From assembly GCA_017502305.1 (NCBI GenBank), contig JAFVVG010000043.1, forward strand, positions 47,961 to 111,960: a stretch of DNA of 64,000 nucleotides, in the 5' to 3' direction. Below the pieces are notes generated by a model that worked only from the letters and a program-made list of their open reading frames with translations, was not told the DNA's origin and ran no database searches. The stretch is from Clostridia bacterium (GTDB lineage Bacteria > Bacillota > Clostridia > Christensenellales > Aristaeellaceae). The position numbers were made by a program, and so were the translations under genes. This document shows, piece after piece, positions 19,602-28,388 of this stretch. Each line of letters begins with the position of its first letter. The stretch's first letter is position 1.

Positions 19602-19637
19602 AAAAAAGCGTTCAGACAAGGTCTGGACGCTTTTTTT
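19602..19637 (+). terminator. Rho-independent terminator after the phosphoesterase gene
   Basis: AGCGTTCAGAC-aag-GTCTGGACGCT followed by TTTTTT. Confidence 0.8.
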
Positions 19638-19771
19638 GCACACAAAATATTGGTGCATGCGAACATGAAACCACAAAAGACAAACAATAAAATTGCAATT
19701 ATGTTACAAAAGTATTAAATACAAGAAACAAATAAATGCGCGCAAAAGAAAAAAGAAACCTTGTCATACTC

Positions 19772-19800
19772 TTGCAAGTTCTGAAAAGGTGGGATATAAT
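19772..19800 (+). promoter_or_regulatory. Sigma-A type promoter of the dcw cluster (Pmra)
   Basis: TTGCAA (19772-19777), 17 nt, TATAAT (19795-19800). Lies at the 3-prime edge of a roughly 300-bp AT-rich island. Confidence 0.65.
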
Positions 19801-19847
19801 GGTGGCAACGGGTAGAAAAAGGGTAGCAAGGTGGTGAGAAGTGGTGG
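19788..19847 (+). promoter_or_regulatory. Array of GTGG / GGGTAG direct repeats (candidate MraZ operator)
   Basis: GGTGGG 19788, GGTGGC 19801, GGGTAG 19810, GGGTAG 19821, GGTGGT 19830, GTGGTGG 19841. Spacing is 8-13 bp. The array flanks the -10 box and reaches the mraZ start codon. Confidence 0.45.
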
Positions 19848-20395
19848 CAAACGAAAAAGACCCGGTGGTCGTGCCGGAAGAGGCACTGGCTGCCGCTGCT
19901 TCTCATGAAACCATTTCTCAGGAGGATCAGCAGCTGCTGGACAAATACAGCCGCACGTTTATCGGCTCCTTCTCCCACTCCCTGGACGCCAAGGGACGCC
20001 TGGTGGTGCCGCTGGTTTTCCGCGAAGGCTTGGGAGAGACCTTCTGCATTGCCCCTTCCTACGATTTCAAGTCCATTGCCCTGTATCCCAACCTGATGTG
20101 GGCCCGGATGCGGGACCGCTACGATAAATTGGGGAAGATGAACTCCTCCCTCAAGCGCTACCTGGAGCAGCTGGACGCCCTGTCCTTCCGCGGCCAGGAA
20201 TGCGACAACCAGGGCCGCGTGCTGCTGCCTGCCAAGATCCGCGCCTGCATCCTGGAGGATGAGAAGGACGTGGACATCACCGGCGCCAACGACCACGTGC
20301 GCGTGGTGGCACACGTCAGCGCCGACGAGCAGTTCAGGCAGTTCATGGAGGATCTGCCCTCCATTCTGGAAGATATCGGCTCTCTGGAAATGTAA
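19841..20395 (+). CDS. mraZ: Transcriptional regulator MraZ (N-terminally extended)
   Basis: Two SpoVT/AbrB-like halves (LDAKGRLVVPLVFRE and DNQGRVLLPAKIRA). GTG start after AAGGTGG. No in-frame ATG lies nearer the conserved domain, so there is a roughly 40-aa extension. Confidence 0.8.
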   Translation: MVANEKDPVVVPEEALAAAASHETISQEDQQLLDKYSRTFIGSFSHSLDAKGRLVVPLVFREGLGETFCIAPSYDFKSIALYPNLMWARMRDRYDKLGKMNSSLKRYLEQLDALSFRGQECDNQGRVLLPAKIRACILEDEKDVDITGANDHVRVVAHVSADEQFRQFMEDLPSILEDIGSLEM

Positions 20396-20432
20396 ATTGA
20401 TTCGTTCTCCATTTCATAAGGAGTGAATAAAT

Positions 20433-21041
20433 ATGATGCTGATCCCCCGTGTTTTCAAAAGAAAGGCACGCTTTGTGGGCGAAGGGTTCAAGCCCGGCGA
20501 CTACGGCAAAGTGGCGGCCCGGAATATTCGCAGTGAACGCATGACCAGCAGCGTTGATTTGCCCTTTATGAATGCTGACGCGATCTACGACGCCAACACC
20601 ATGGGCGTGGAGCGCCGCCGCACCCGCCGCAGCGACAGGCACCATGAGGCTGTTGGCCGGCATGATACCGGAAGGGTGCCTGCCGTGGGCCACGAGGGCA
20701 TGAGCGGCCCCGCTGCCTGCGCCGCGCTGGTATGCCTGATCGCCGTGCTGGGCGTCATCTTCCTGGTGGGCCGCAGCAATGTGATCGAGGTTGGCAAGAA
20801 GGCGGACGAGCTGCAGCGCCGCATTGAGGAAGTGGGCCTGATCAACGAGGGGCTTGAAACACAGCTGGCGGTAAGCGCCTCTGAAGTGAATGTGGGCTAC
20901 GAGGCCGTGCAGATGGGCATGATCTCCGCCAAGGGCGTGGACGTGATTTATCTCAGCGGGCCGGAAGCCGCGGAAATCAAGTTTGCTGGCAAGGGTACCT
21001 CCATGACCAGCGAATATCTGGCAACCATACTGGGAGATTGA
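20433..21041 (+). CDS. ftsL: FtsL-like cell division protein (long basic N-terminal region)
   Basis: Occupies the position after mraZ. Single TM helix (AACAALVCLIAVLGVIFLV) followed by a coiled coil (KKADELQRRIEEVGLINEGLETQL). RBS AAGGAG. Confidence 0.6.
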   Translation: MMLIPRVFKRKARFVGEGFKPGDYGKVAARNIRSERMTSSVDLPFMNADAIYDANTMGVERRRTRRSDRHHEAVGRHDTGRVPAVGHEGMSGPAACAALVCLIAVLGVIFLVGRSNVIEVGKKADELQRRIEEVGLINEGLETQLAVSASEVNVGYEAVQMGMISAKGVDVIYLSGPEAAEIKFAGKGTSMTSEYLATILGD

Positions 21042-21090
21042 GCGATCGGTCTCCCATTTTGGAATATTTGCGTAAACTGGGAGGAAGGGC

Positions 21091-23205
21091 ATGCACCCCG
21101 AATTGCAGGTACGCAAAAGAATGCTGCTGATGACGGTCATCCTGGGAGCGTTGTTTCTCCTGGTGATTGGCCGTCTTTGGCAGTTGACAGTACTGGAAAG
21201 CGAAAGCCTCACCCGCCGTGGGGTGAGCCAATGGACCAAAGAGGGGATCGTTACCGCCCGGCGGGGTACCATCACCGACAGGAACAACAATGTGCTGGCC
21301 CTCAGCGCCACATCCTATATGGTATGCGCCGATCCCCGGCTGGTGGAGGACCCGGACAAGTTTGTAGAAACGCTGGCGGAGGTGCTGCCCCTGGGGGATA
21401 GCGCCAAAGACAAGCTGCGGGACAACACCAAGGGCTCGGTGATCCTCAAGCGCCAGGTGACCCGGGATGTGGTGGACGCCATCCGCAGGCTGAAGAAGGA
21501 GGCCGATCCCAAGGCAGGGCTTGCGGCCATTACCTTTGACGAGGATTCCCGCAGGTGGTATCCCTATGGGCAGCTGCTGCCGCAGGTTCTGGGGCTGACC
21601 AATGTGGACAGCCTGGGCCAGAGCGGCTTGGAGACGCAATATGAATCCGTGCTGGCCGGCGTGGAGGGAAGCTACCTGCGCCAGGTGGACGCGAGAAACC
21701 GTGTGCTGGCGGGCAGCGAAAGCTGGTATGTGCCATCCCAGCAGGGGAACACGCTGAAACTGACCATCGACGCCGCCATCCAGCAGATCGCCGAAAAGGC
21801 CATGCGGGAATGCCTGGAGGTCAATAAGGCGGAAAGCGTGACCTGCCTTGTCAGCGATGTGCGCACCGGGGCCATCCTGGCCATGTGCATGAAGCCGGAC
21901 TATGACCCCAATGATCCCCCGCGGAATGACGTATCCGCCCTGACGGAGCTGATGCGCATTACAGCCATCTCCGATGTGTACGAGCCGGGCTCCACCTTCA
22001 AGATTCTCACGGCGGCCGCGGCACTGGACAGCGGGGTGACCAACCCTGAGGATCAGTTCTACTGCTCCGCCAAGGTGAAAGTGGATGGAGATACTATCCG
22101 CTGCTGGGGCGCCGCCCACGGGGCCGAAACCATGGCGGAAGGGCTGATGAACAGCTGCAATCCCGTGTTTGTGGAGCTGGCCCTGCGCATGGGCACAGAC
22201 ACCTTCTACCGGTATTTGAGCGCCTTTGGGCTGGGAAAGCGCACCGGCATCGACCTGCCGGGGGAGAGCGCGGGCATTCTCATTGGCTCCCGGTATGTGA
22301 AAACGGTGGATCTGGCCCGCATTGGCTTTGGGCAATCCGTGGCGGTGACGCCGGTGCAGCTGATGATGGCGGCCAACGCGGCCATCAACGGCGGCAAGCT
22401 GATGAAGCCCTATCTTGTCAGCGAGATTCAGTCCACGGCGGGGGATGTGCTGCAGCGGTACAACCCCACGGTGGTGGCCACGCCTGTGCGGCCGGAGACC
22501 AGCCAGACCCTGCGGGGACTGCTGGAACGCGTGGTTTCCGAGGGCGGCGGCAAGAACGCCCGCATCGCCGGCTACCGCATTGGCGGCAAAACGGGCACTG
22601 CCCAGGTATACAAGGAGGGGCGCATCGTCAGCGATGTGCACATCGGATCCTTCTATGGCTTTGCTCCTGCGGATGACCCGCTGGTGTCCATCCTGGTGAT
22701 CGTCAACGAGGCGCACGTGCCGGTGGATTACGGCGGCACAACGGCGGCGCCCTTTGCCAAACAGGTGCTGGGCGACGTGCTGCAATATATGCAGATAAAG
22801 CCTTTTTCGGATGAAAATATACTAAATATAGTGGTTCCTGACATTACGGGCTTGACTCTTTCGGCTGCAAGGCGTAAACTTGCAGGGGAGGGTTTGGAGC
22901 TGATGGACGATGGCGTGAGCCAGACGGTGCTGGAGCAGCTCCCGCCCCCGGGCAGCACGCTGCCCCAGGGCGGACATGTGATGGCCTACACGGCCGCATC
23001 CAATCATGTGACGCCGGATACACTGGTAAAGACGCCGGACTTCTCGGGCATGAGCGACATCGACTGCGCGCGCACCGCCCGGCTGCGAGGCTTGACATTA
23101 CAACTGGAGGGCACGGGCGTGTGCCTCCGGCAGACCCCGGCAGCGGGGGAATACATACCGCCGGGCACAGAGGTGAAGATCACCCTGGGCATGGCGGAAC
23201 CATAA
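21091..23205 (+). CDS. Class B penicillin-binding protein (FtsI/SpoVD type) with two PASTA domains
   Basis: SxxK (GSTFK), SxN (SCN) and KTG (GKTGTA) motifs. C-terminal PASTA repeats are VVPDITGLTLSAARRKL and KTPDFSGMSDIDCARTARL. Confidence 0.9.
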   Translation: MHPELQVRKRMLLMTVILGALFLLVIGRLWQLTVLESESLTRRGVSQWTKEGIVTARRGTITDRNNNVLALSATSYMVCADPRLVEDPDKFVETLAEVLPLGDSAKDKLRDNTKGSVILKRQVTRDVVDAIRRLKKEADPKAGLAAITFDEDSRRWYPYGQLLPQVLGLTNVDSLGQSGLETQYESVLAGVEGSYLRQVDARNRVLAGSESWYVPSQQGNTLKLTIDAAIQQIAEKAMRECLEVNKAESVTCLVSDVRTGAILAMCMKPDYDPNDPPRNDVSALTELMRITAISDVYEPGSTFKILTAAAALDSGVTNPEDQFYCSAKVKVDGDTIRCWGAAHGAETMAEGLMNSCNPVFVELALRMGTDTFYRYLSAFGLGKRTGIDLPGESAGILIGSRYVKTVDLARIGFGQSVAVTPVQLMMAANAAINGGKLMKPYLVSEIQSTAGDVLQRYNPTVVATPVRPETSQTLRGLLERVVSEGGGKNARIAGYRIGGKTGTAQVYKEGRIVSDVHIGSFYGFAPADDPLVSILVIVNEAHVPVDYGGTTAAPFAKQVLGDVLQYMQIKPFSDENILNIVVPDITGLTLSAARRKLAGEGLELMDDGVSQTVLEQLPPPGSTLPQGGHVMAYTAASNHVTPDTLVKTPDFSGMSDIDCARTARLRGLTLQLEGTGVCLRQTPAAGEYIPPGTEVKITLGMAEP

Positions 23206-23217
23206 GGAGACCTGCGT

Positions 23218-24681
23218 ATGAAACTTCGTGACCTCATCGTGGATATGCCTTACCTGCTGGATACCCAGGGCAATCTGGAGATTGAATTGGCCTCTGTGAC
23301 CAGCAACAGCCGGGAGAAGGTCGAGCGGGGCGTGTTCTTCTGCATTCCCGGCGCCAGGTTCGACGCCCACAACTACGCTCCCCAGGCTGTTGCCAACGGC
23401 TGTGTGGCCTTGGTGGTGGAGCGTTACCTGGACATCGACGTGCCCCAGGTGCGTGTCAGCAACGCCCGGGCGGCCATGTCCCGTATGGCGGCGGCTTTCT
23501 ATGGCCATCCCGCCCGGGGCATGAAGCTGGTGGGCATCACCGGCACCAAGGGTAAGACCACCTCCACCTATATGCTCAAGGCCATCCTGGAAAAGGCAGG
23601 CCACAAGTGCGGCCTCATCGGCACCACGGGCAATATGATCGGCGACCGTCTGCTGAAGGGCAGCCTCACCACCCCGGACCCCATCGACCTGCAGCGCACC
23701 CTGCGAATGATGGCGGACGAGGGCGTGGAGTATGTCACCATGGAGATCTCGGCCCATGCCATTGACATGCACCGGTTGGACGGCCTTACCTTTGAGGTTG
23801 GCTGCTACACCAACCTAAGCCAGGATCACCTGGACTATTTCCACAGCATGGAGAATTACTTCGAAACGAAGAAGAAGTTCTTCACCAGCGGCATGGTGCG
23901 CAACGCCACCGTGAATGTGGACGAGGAAACCTCCGAAGGTGTGCTCAGCGCCCTGGAGATCCCCTGCCTGACCTATGGCATCTGCGCCCCGGCGGATCTT
24001 TTCGCCCGGGATATTGAGATCACCGAGGACGGCGTCAGCTTTGAGGTGCAGCTGCAGGGCATGCATCCCCTGCAGGTGAACCTGATGATGACCGGCATGT
24101 TCAACGTATACAACGCCATGGCCGCAGCCAGCTGCGCCATGGTGCTGGGTATCTCCGCCGCAGATATCAAGGCGGGATTGGAGGGCATGCCCTCTGTGCC
24201 CGGACGCATTGAGATGCTGCCCACGGGTACGCCCTACCGTGTGATCCTTGACTACTCCCATGTGCCGGACGCCCTGATGAACATCCTCACCACCGTGCGG
24301 CAGTTCGCCAAGGCGCGGGTGATCGCCCTGTTTGGCTGCGGCGGCGACCGCGACCAGGGCAAGCGTCCCATGATGGGCGAGATCGGCGGCAAACTGGCCG
24401 ACCTGTCCATCCTGACCTCCGATAACCCCCGCACCGAGGATCCCATGAAGATCCTGGAAGCCATCGAGGCGGGCATCAAGCCCACCGGCGGCGAGTATGT
24501 GGTGATCGAGAACCGCCGTGAGACCATCCGCTACGCCATGGAGATCGCCGAGGCTGGCGACATCATCGTGCTGGCGGGCAAGGGCCACGAAACCTATCAG
24601 GAGATCAACGGCGTGAAGTACCCCTTCGACGAGAAGGTGGTTGTGCAGGAGCTGCTGAAAGAAATGCGCGACCGGAACTGA
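23218..24681 (+). CDS. murE: UDP-MurNAc-L-Ala-D-Glu:meso-diaminopimelate ligase
   Basis: GITGTKGKTT P-loop and the DNPR motif (LTSDNPRTEDP) indicating DAP specificity. Confidence 0.9.
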   Translation: MKLRDLIVDMPYLLDTQGNLEIELASVTSNSREKVERGVFFCIPGARFDAHNYAPQAVANGCVALVVERYLDIDVPQVRVSNARAAMSRMAAAFYGHPARGMKLVGITGTKGKTTSTYMLKAILEKAGHKCGLIGTTGNMIGDRLLKGSLTTPDPIDLQRTLRMMADEGVEYVTMEISAHAIDMHRLDGLTFEVGCYTNLSQDHLDYFHSMENYFETKKKFFTSGMVRNATVNVDEETSEGVLSALEIPCLTYGICAPADLFARDIEITEDGVSFEVQLQGMHPLQVNLMMTGMFNVYNAMAAASCAMVLGISAADIKAGLEGMPSVPGRIEMLPTGTPYRVILDYSHVPDALMNILTTVRQFAKARVIALFGCGGDRDQGKRPMMGEIGGKLADLSILTSDNPRTEDPMKILEAIEAGIKPTGGEYVVIENRRETIRYAMEIAEAGDIIVLAGKGHETYQEINGVKYPFDEKVVVQELLKEMRDRN

Positions 24682-24712
24682 TTTACGCTGATTTCAGGAG
24701 GTACGAGCTTTT

Positions 24713-25750
24713 ATGCTAAGGATGTTGCTTGCTGTTTTGCTTTCCGCGGTGCTGGTGCTGCTCACCGGCCCCAAGGTGATTCCCGCGCTGCGGAAGATGA
24801 AGTTTGGCCAAACCATCTACGACCTGGGCCCTCAAAGTCACAAGCAGAAGCAGGGCACACCCACCATGGGCGGCGTGATGATTGCCTTTGGCGTGGTGGT
24901 TGCCTCGCTGGTGGCGATGCTCGTGGATTACAAGGGCGGCTGGAGCTTCATGGTGGGGCTGCTGGCCATCTCCCTGCTTTCCATGGCGGTGGGTTTCGCT
25001 GACGACTACATCAAGGTGGTCAAGAAGCGCTCCCTGGGCCTGACCCCCTGGCAGAAGATCGCCGGTCAGGTGCTGACGGCGGTGGGCTTCTCCCTGTTCT
25101 GCTACCTCCACCCCCAGGTGGGTTCCAAGGTCATCGTGCCCTTTGTGAACATTGAATGGGATCTGGGCATCTTCTACATTCCGCTTTTGAGCCTGACGAT
25201 CATCTTCATTGTCAACAGCGCCAATTTGCAGGACGGCCTGGACGGACTGCTCTCCGGCGTGGCTGGCGTGGGCGGCATGGCCTGGGCGCTGATGGCTCTG
25301 TTCTTCACCATGGCGGTGGCTGACACCAATCCTGCCTATGCTGCCAACCTGCAGTCCGTGACCATCTTTGGTGTGGCCATGCTGGGCGCCTGCACAGGCT
25401 TCCTGCGGTTTAACCACCACCCGGCCACCGTGTTCATGGGCGATACCGGCTCCATGTTCATTGGCGGCGCCACGGTGGGCATGGCCATGCTGCTGCGGCA
25501 GCCCTTCATGCTTTTGCTGATCGCCTTCACCATGGTGATGTCCTCTGTGAGCGTGATCATCCAGCGGTATTACTACAAGGCCACCCGCAAAATCTTCGGC
25601 GAGCCCCGCAGGCTGTTCAAGATGACCCCTATTCACCATCACTTCGAGCTGTGCGGCATGAGCGAAAACAAGATCGACCTCATGTACGTCATCGTGACGC
25701 TGGTGCTGTCTCTGATTGCCCTCTGGTCCCTCAACGGGCTGAAGCTGTAA
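24713..25750 (+). CDS. mraY: Phospho-N-acetylmuramoyl-pentapeptide transferase
   Basis: 345 aa polytopic protein. KMKFGQTIYDLGPQSHKQKQGTPTMGG, NLQDGLDGL and PIHHHFEL match MraY. Confidence 0.95.
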   Translation: MLRMLLAVLLSAVLVLLTGPKVIPALRKMKFGQTIYDLGPQSHKQKQGTPTMGGVMIAFGVVVASLVAMLVDYKGGWSFMVGLLAISLLSMAVGFADDYIKVVKKRSLGLTPWQKIAGQVLTAVGFSLFCYLHPQVGSKVIVPFVNIEWDLGIFYIPLLSLTIIFIVNSANLQDGLDGLLSGVAGVGGMAWALMALFFTMAVADTNPAYAANLQSVTIFGVAMLGACTGFLRFNHHPATVFMGDTGSMFIGGATVGMAMLLRQPFMLLLIAFTMVMSSVSVIIQRYYYKATRKIFGEPRRLFKMTPIHHHFELCGMSENKIDLMYVIVTLVLSLIALWSLNGLKL

Positions 25751-25781
25751 AGACTGTCAATCAACCAGGAGGAAACTCCCG

Positions 25782-27143
25782 ATGGATTACGCAAACAAGA
25801 AGGTTCTCGTGGTGGGCATGGCCCGCAGCGGCGTGGCGGCGGCTCAGCTGCTGTTAAAGCACGGCGCCCATGTGATCATCAACGATAACAAAACCAAGGA
25901 AGAACTGGGCGAGGCCCTGGCCCCCCTGGCCAATCTGCCCGTGGAGGAAAAGCTGGGCATGCCCGCCGCCAACGCCTTTGAAGGCGTGGACGTGATGGTC
26001 ATCAGCCCCGGCATTCCGGATACCGCCGGCTTTGTGGTGAAGGCCAGGGAGCTGGGCATCCACGTGACGGGCGAACTGGAAATGGCCTATCAGCTGGCTC
26101 CCGGCGAAATGGTGTCCATCACCGGCACCAACGGCAAGACCACCACGGTGAGCCTGCTGGGTGAGATCTTCAAAAACGCCGGCCGGGTGACCCATGTGGT
26201 GGGGAACATCGGCTATCCTTATTCCCAGGCCGCGCTGGAGGCACGCAAGGACGATATGTTCGTGTGCGAGGTGTCCTCCTTCCAGATGGAGACGGCGGAT
26301 GAGTTCCACCCCAAGGCGGCGGCGCTGCTGAACATCACGGAGGATCATCTCAACCGCCATGGCACCATGGAGGAATACACCCGGGTGAAGATGCGGATGT
26401 TCCAGAACCAGACGGCCGATGACGTGGCGGTGTTTAACGCTGACGATCCGGCCCTGGAACCGCTGGTATCCCAGGTGAAGGGCAAGGTGATGCTCTTTTC
26501 CCGCAAAAAGGAAGTGGAGCAGGGCGCCTTTGTGCGGGACGGGCAGATCGTCCTGCGCTGGAACGGCGTGGAAAAGACCGTGTGCGGCGCCGACGAGGTG
26601 CGCATTCCCGGCCCCCATAACCTGGAAAACGCCCTGGCGGCGGCCTGCATGGCCACGGCCATGGGTGTGCCGGCCCCGGTGATCCGCCACAGCCTGCGAA
26701 CCTTCAAGGGCGTGGAGCACCGGATTGAGTTTGTCCGGGAGCTGGAGGGTGTGCGCTACATCAACGACAGCAAGGGCACCAACGTGGACTCCACCATCAA
26801 GGCGGTGCAGACCATGCTCAGGCCCACGGCCATCATCCTGGGCGGCTACGACAAGCATTGCGACTTCACCCCCCTGGTGAAGGAAATGCTGGCGTCTCCC
26901 TTTATCAAAGAGGCGGTGCTCATCGGCGTGACGGCGGATCAGATCGAGAACACGCTGAAAGCCTGCGGCTTTGAGGGCATCCACCGGGCGGAAACCCTGA
27001 AGGACGCCATCGACCAGTGCCGCGCCCTGGCCGGCGAGGGCTGGAACGTGCTGCTTTCCCCGGCCTGTGCCTCCTTTGATATGTTCTCGGATTACGAGGC
27101 CCGTGGCCGCATCTTCAAGGAACTGGTGAACGAACTGAAATAA
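25782..27143 (+). CDS. murD: UDP-MurNAc-L-alanine:D-glutamate ligase
   Basis: VLVVGMARSG Rossmann start and ITGTNGKTTT P-loop. Confidence 0.9.
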   Translation: MDYANKKVLVVGMARSGVAAAQLLLKHGAHVIINDNKTKEELGEALAPLANLPVEEKLGMPAANAFEGVDVMVISPGIPDTAGFVVKARELGIHVTGELEMAYQLAPGEMVSITGTNGKTTTVSLLGEIFKNAGRVTHVVGNIGYPYSQAALEARKDDMFVCEVSSFQMETADEFHPKAAALLNITEDHLNRHGTMEEYTRVKMRMFQNQTADDVAVFNADDPALEPLVSQVKGKVMLFSRKKEVEQGAFVRDGQIVLRWNGVEKTVCGADEVRIPGPHNLENALAAACMATAMGVPAPVIRHSLRTFKGVEHRIEFVRELEGVRYINDSKGTNVDSTIKAVQTMLRPTAIILGGYDKHCDFTPLVKEMLASPFIKEAVLIGVTADQIENTLKACGFEGIHRAETLKDAIDQCRALAGEGWNVLLSPACASFDMFSDYEARGRIFKELVNELK

Positions 27144-27172
27144 TCTCTGTCTTGCGCTGAAAGGAACGGCCT

Positions 27173-28327
27173 ATGCTGCAACATGCCAGCGCACAAAAGA
27201 CCGCAACAGATTTACGCAAGACAAAGCTCAATCCCGTGGACGGCTCGCTGGTGGCTGTGCTCATCATGCTGCTGCTCGCGGGATTGCTGATATTATTCTC
27301 CGCCACCTACTATATCGCCCAGGACAGGGGAGACCCGCTGGGCGAGGTGAAACGGCAGCTCATTGGCATCGCCCTGGGCACCGTGGCCATGGTTTTCACC
27401 AGCCGGGTGCCCTATCGCTTCTGGCGTGACACCTGGGTGGTGGTGGGCGCTTTGGCCATCAGCGCCGTGCTGCTGATATTGGTCATCATCCCCGGCGTGG
27501 GCGTGTACCTGAACGGCTCCCGCCGGTGGCTAAGCGTGGCGGGCATGAGCTTCCAGCCCTCGGAGTTTGCAAAAATGGCGGTGGTGCTTTACATGGCCAC
27601 CACGCTGACCTATCGGGGGAAGAAGATCAAATCCCTGATCTTCGGCATTGTGCCGGTGCTGCTGGTGCCCGGGGTGGTGTTTCTGCTGATCCTGCAGCAG
27701 CCCAACCTGTCCACCGCGGGCAGCATACTGATCACCAGCCTGATCCTGATCATCATTGCCGGGGCCCGGTGGCGGCACATCCTGTTGATGCTCATCGGCG
27801 GCATCGGCGTGGGCGGGTTCTACGCCTGGAGCGCCCCCTACCGCCTGGAGCGGCTGCTGTCTTTTACCGATCCTTTCGCCAAAATGAACGACGAGGGCTA
27901 TCAGCTGGCCCAATCGCTGATCGCCTTTGGTTCCGGCGGCATCTTCGGCATGGGGCTGGGCATGGGCAGGCAGAAATACGCCTATCTGCCGTACCCGGAA
28001 AGCGACTTCATTTTCGCCATTGTGGGCGAGGATTTTGGCTTTGTGGGCTGCGTGGCGGTGATCGCCCTGTTTGTGGCGTTCATGCTGTGCGGCATGCGCA
28101 TCGCCACCCGCTGCCGGGATAAATTCGGCGCGCTGCTGGCAGCGGGTATCACCTGCTCCATTACCGTGCAGGCCTTCCTGAACATGGGCGTGGTGATCGG
28201 CATCCTGCCCACCACCGGCCTGCCGCTGCCCTTCTTTTCCTCGGGCGGCACATCCATTTCCATCACCATGGCGGCGGTGGGGATTCTCATGAACATTTCC
28301 CGCACCGCCGGGCGCATGGAAACCTGA
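27173..28327 (+). CDS. ftsW: SEDS glycosyltransferase FtsW/SpoVE
   Basis: 10-TM SEDS protein. SFQPSEFAKM, ESDFIFAIVGEDFGFVG and LPLPFFSSGGTS are present. Confidence 0.9.
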   Translation: MLQHASAQKTATDLRKTKLNPVDGSLVAVLIMLLLAGLLILFSATYYIAQDRGDPLGEVKRQLIGIALGTVAMVFTSRVPYRFWRDTWVVVGALAISAVLLILVIIPGVGVYLNGSRRWLSVAGMSFQPSEFAKMAVVLYMATTLTYRGKKIKSLIFGIVPVLLVPGVVFLLILQQPNLSTAGSILITSLILIIIAGARWRHILLMLIGGIGVGGFYAWSAPYRLERLLSFTDPFAKMNDEGYQLAQSLIAFGSGGIFGMGLGMGRQKYAYLPYPESDFIFAIVGEDFGFVGCVAVIALFVAFMLCGMRIATRCRDKFGALLAAGITCSITVQAFLNMGVVIGILPTTGLPLPFFSSGGTSISITMAAVGILMNISRTAGRMET

Positions 28328-28388
28328 TATTTCGCACCCATTTTCCCCTTCGGCATAGGCTGAAGCAGTTGATTGGGAGGTGGGTGCC

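Noticed and set aside
20396-20432. Possible rsmH remnant or pseudogene between mraZ and ftsL; possible minC and minE remnants at 51600-51895 and between minD and rodA.
   Set aside because: The mraZ-ftsL gap is only 37 nt. minD overlaps rodA. Most of the 51600-51895 spacer is repeat sequence, and no frame there resembles MinC by eye. A TBLASTN check is still recommended.
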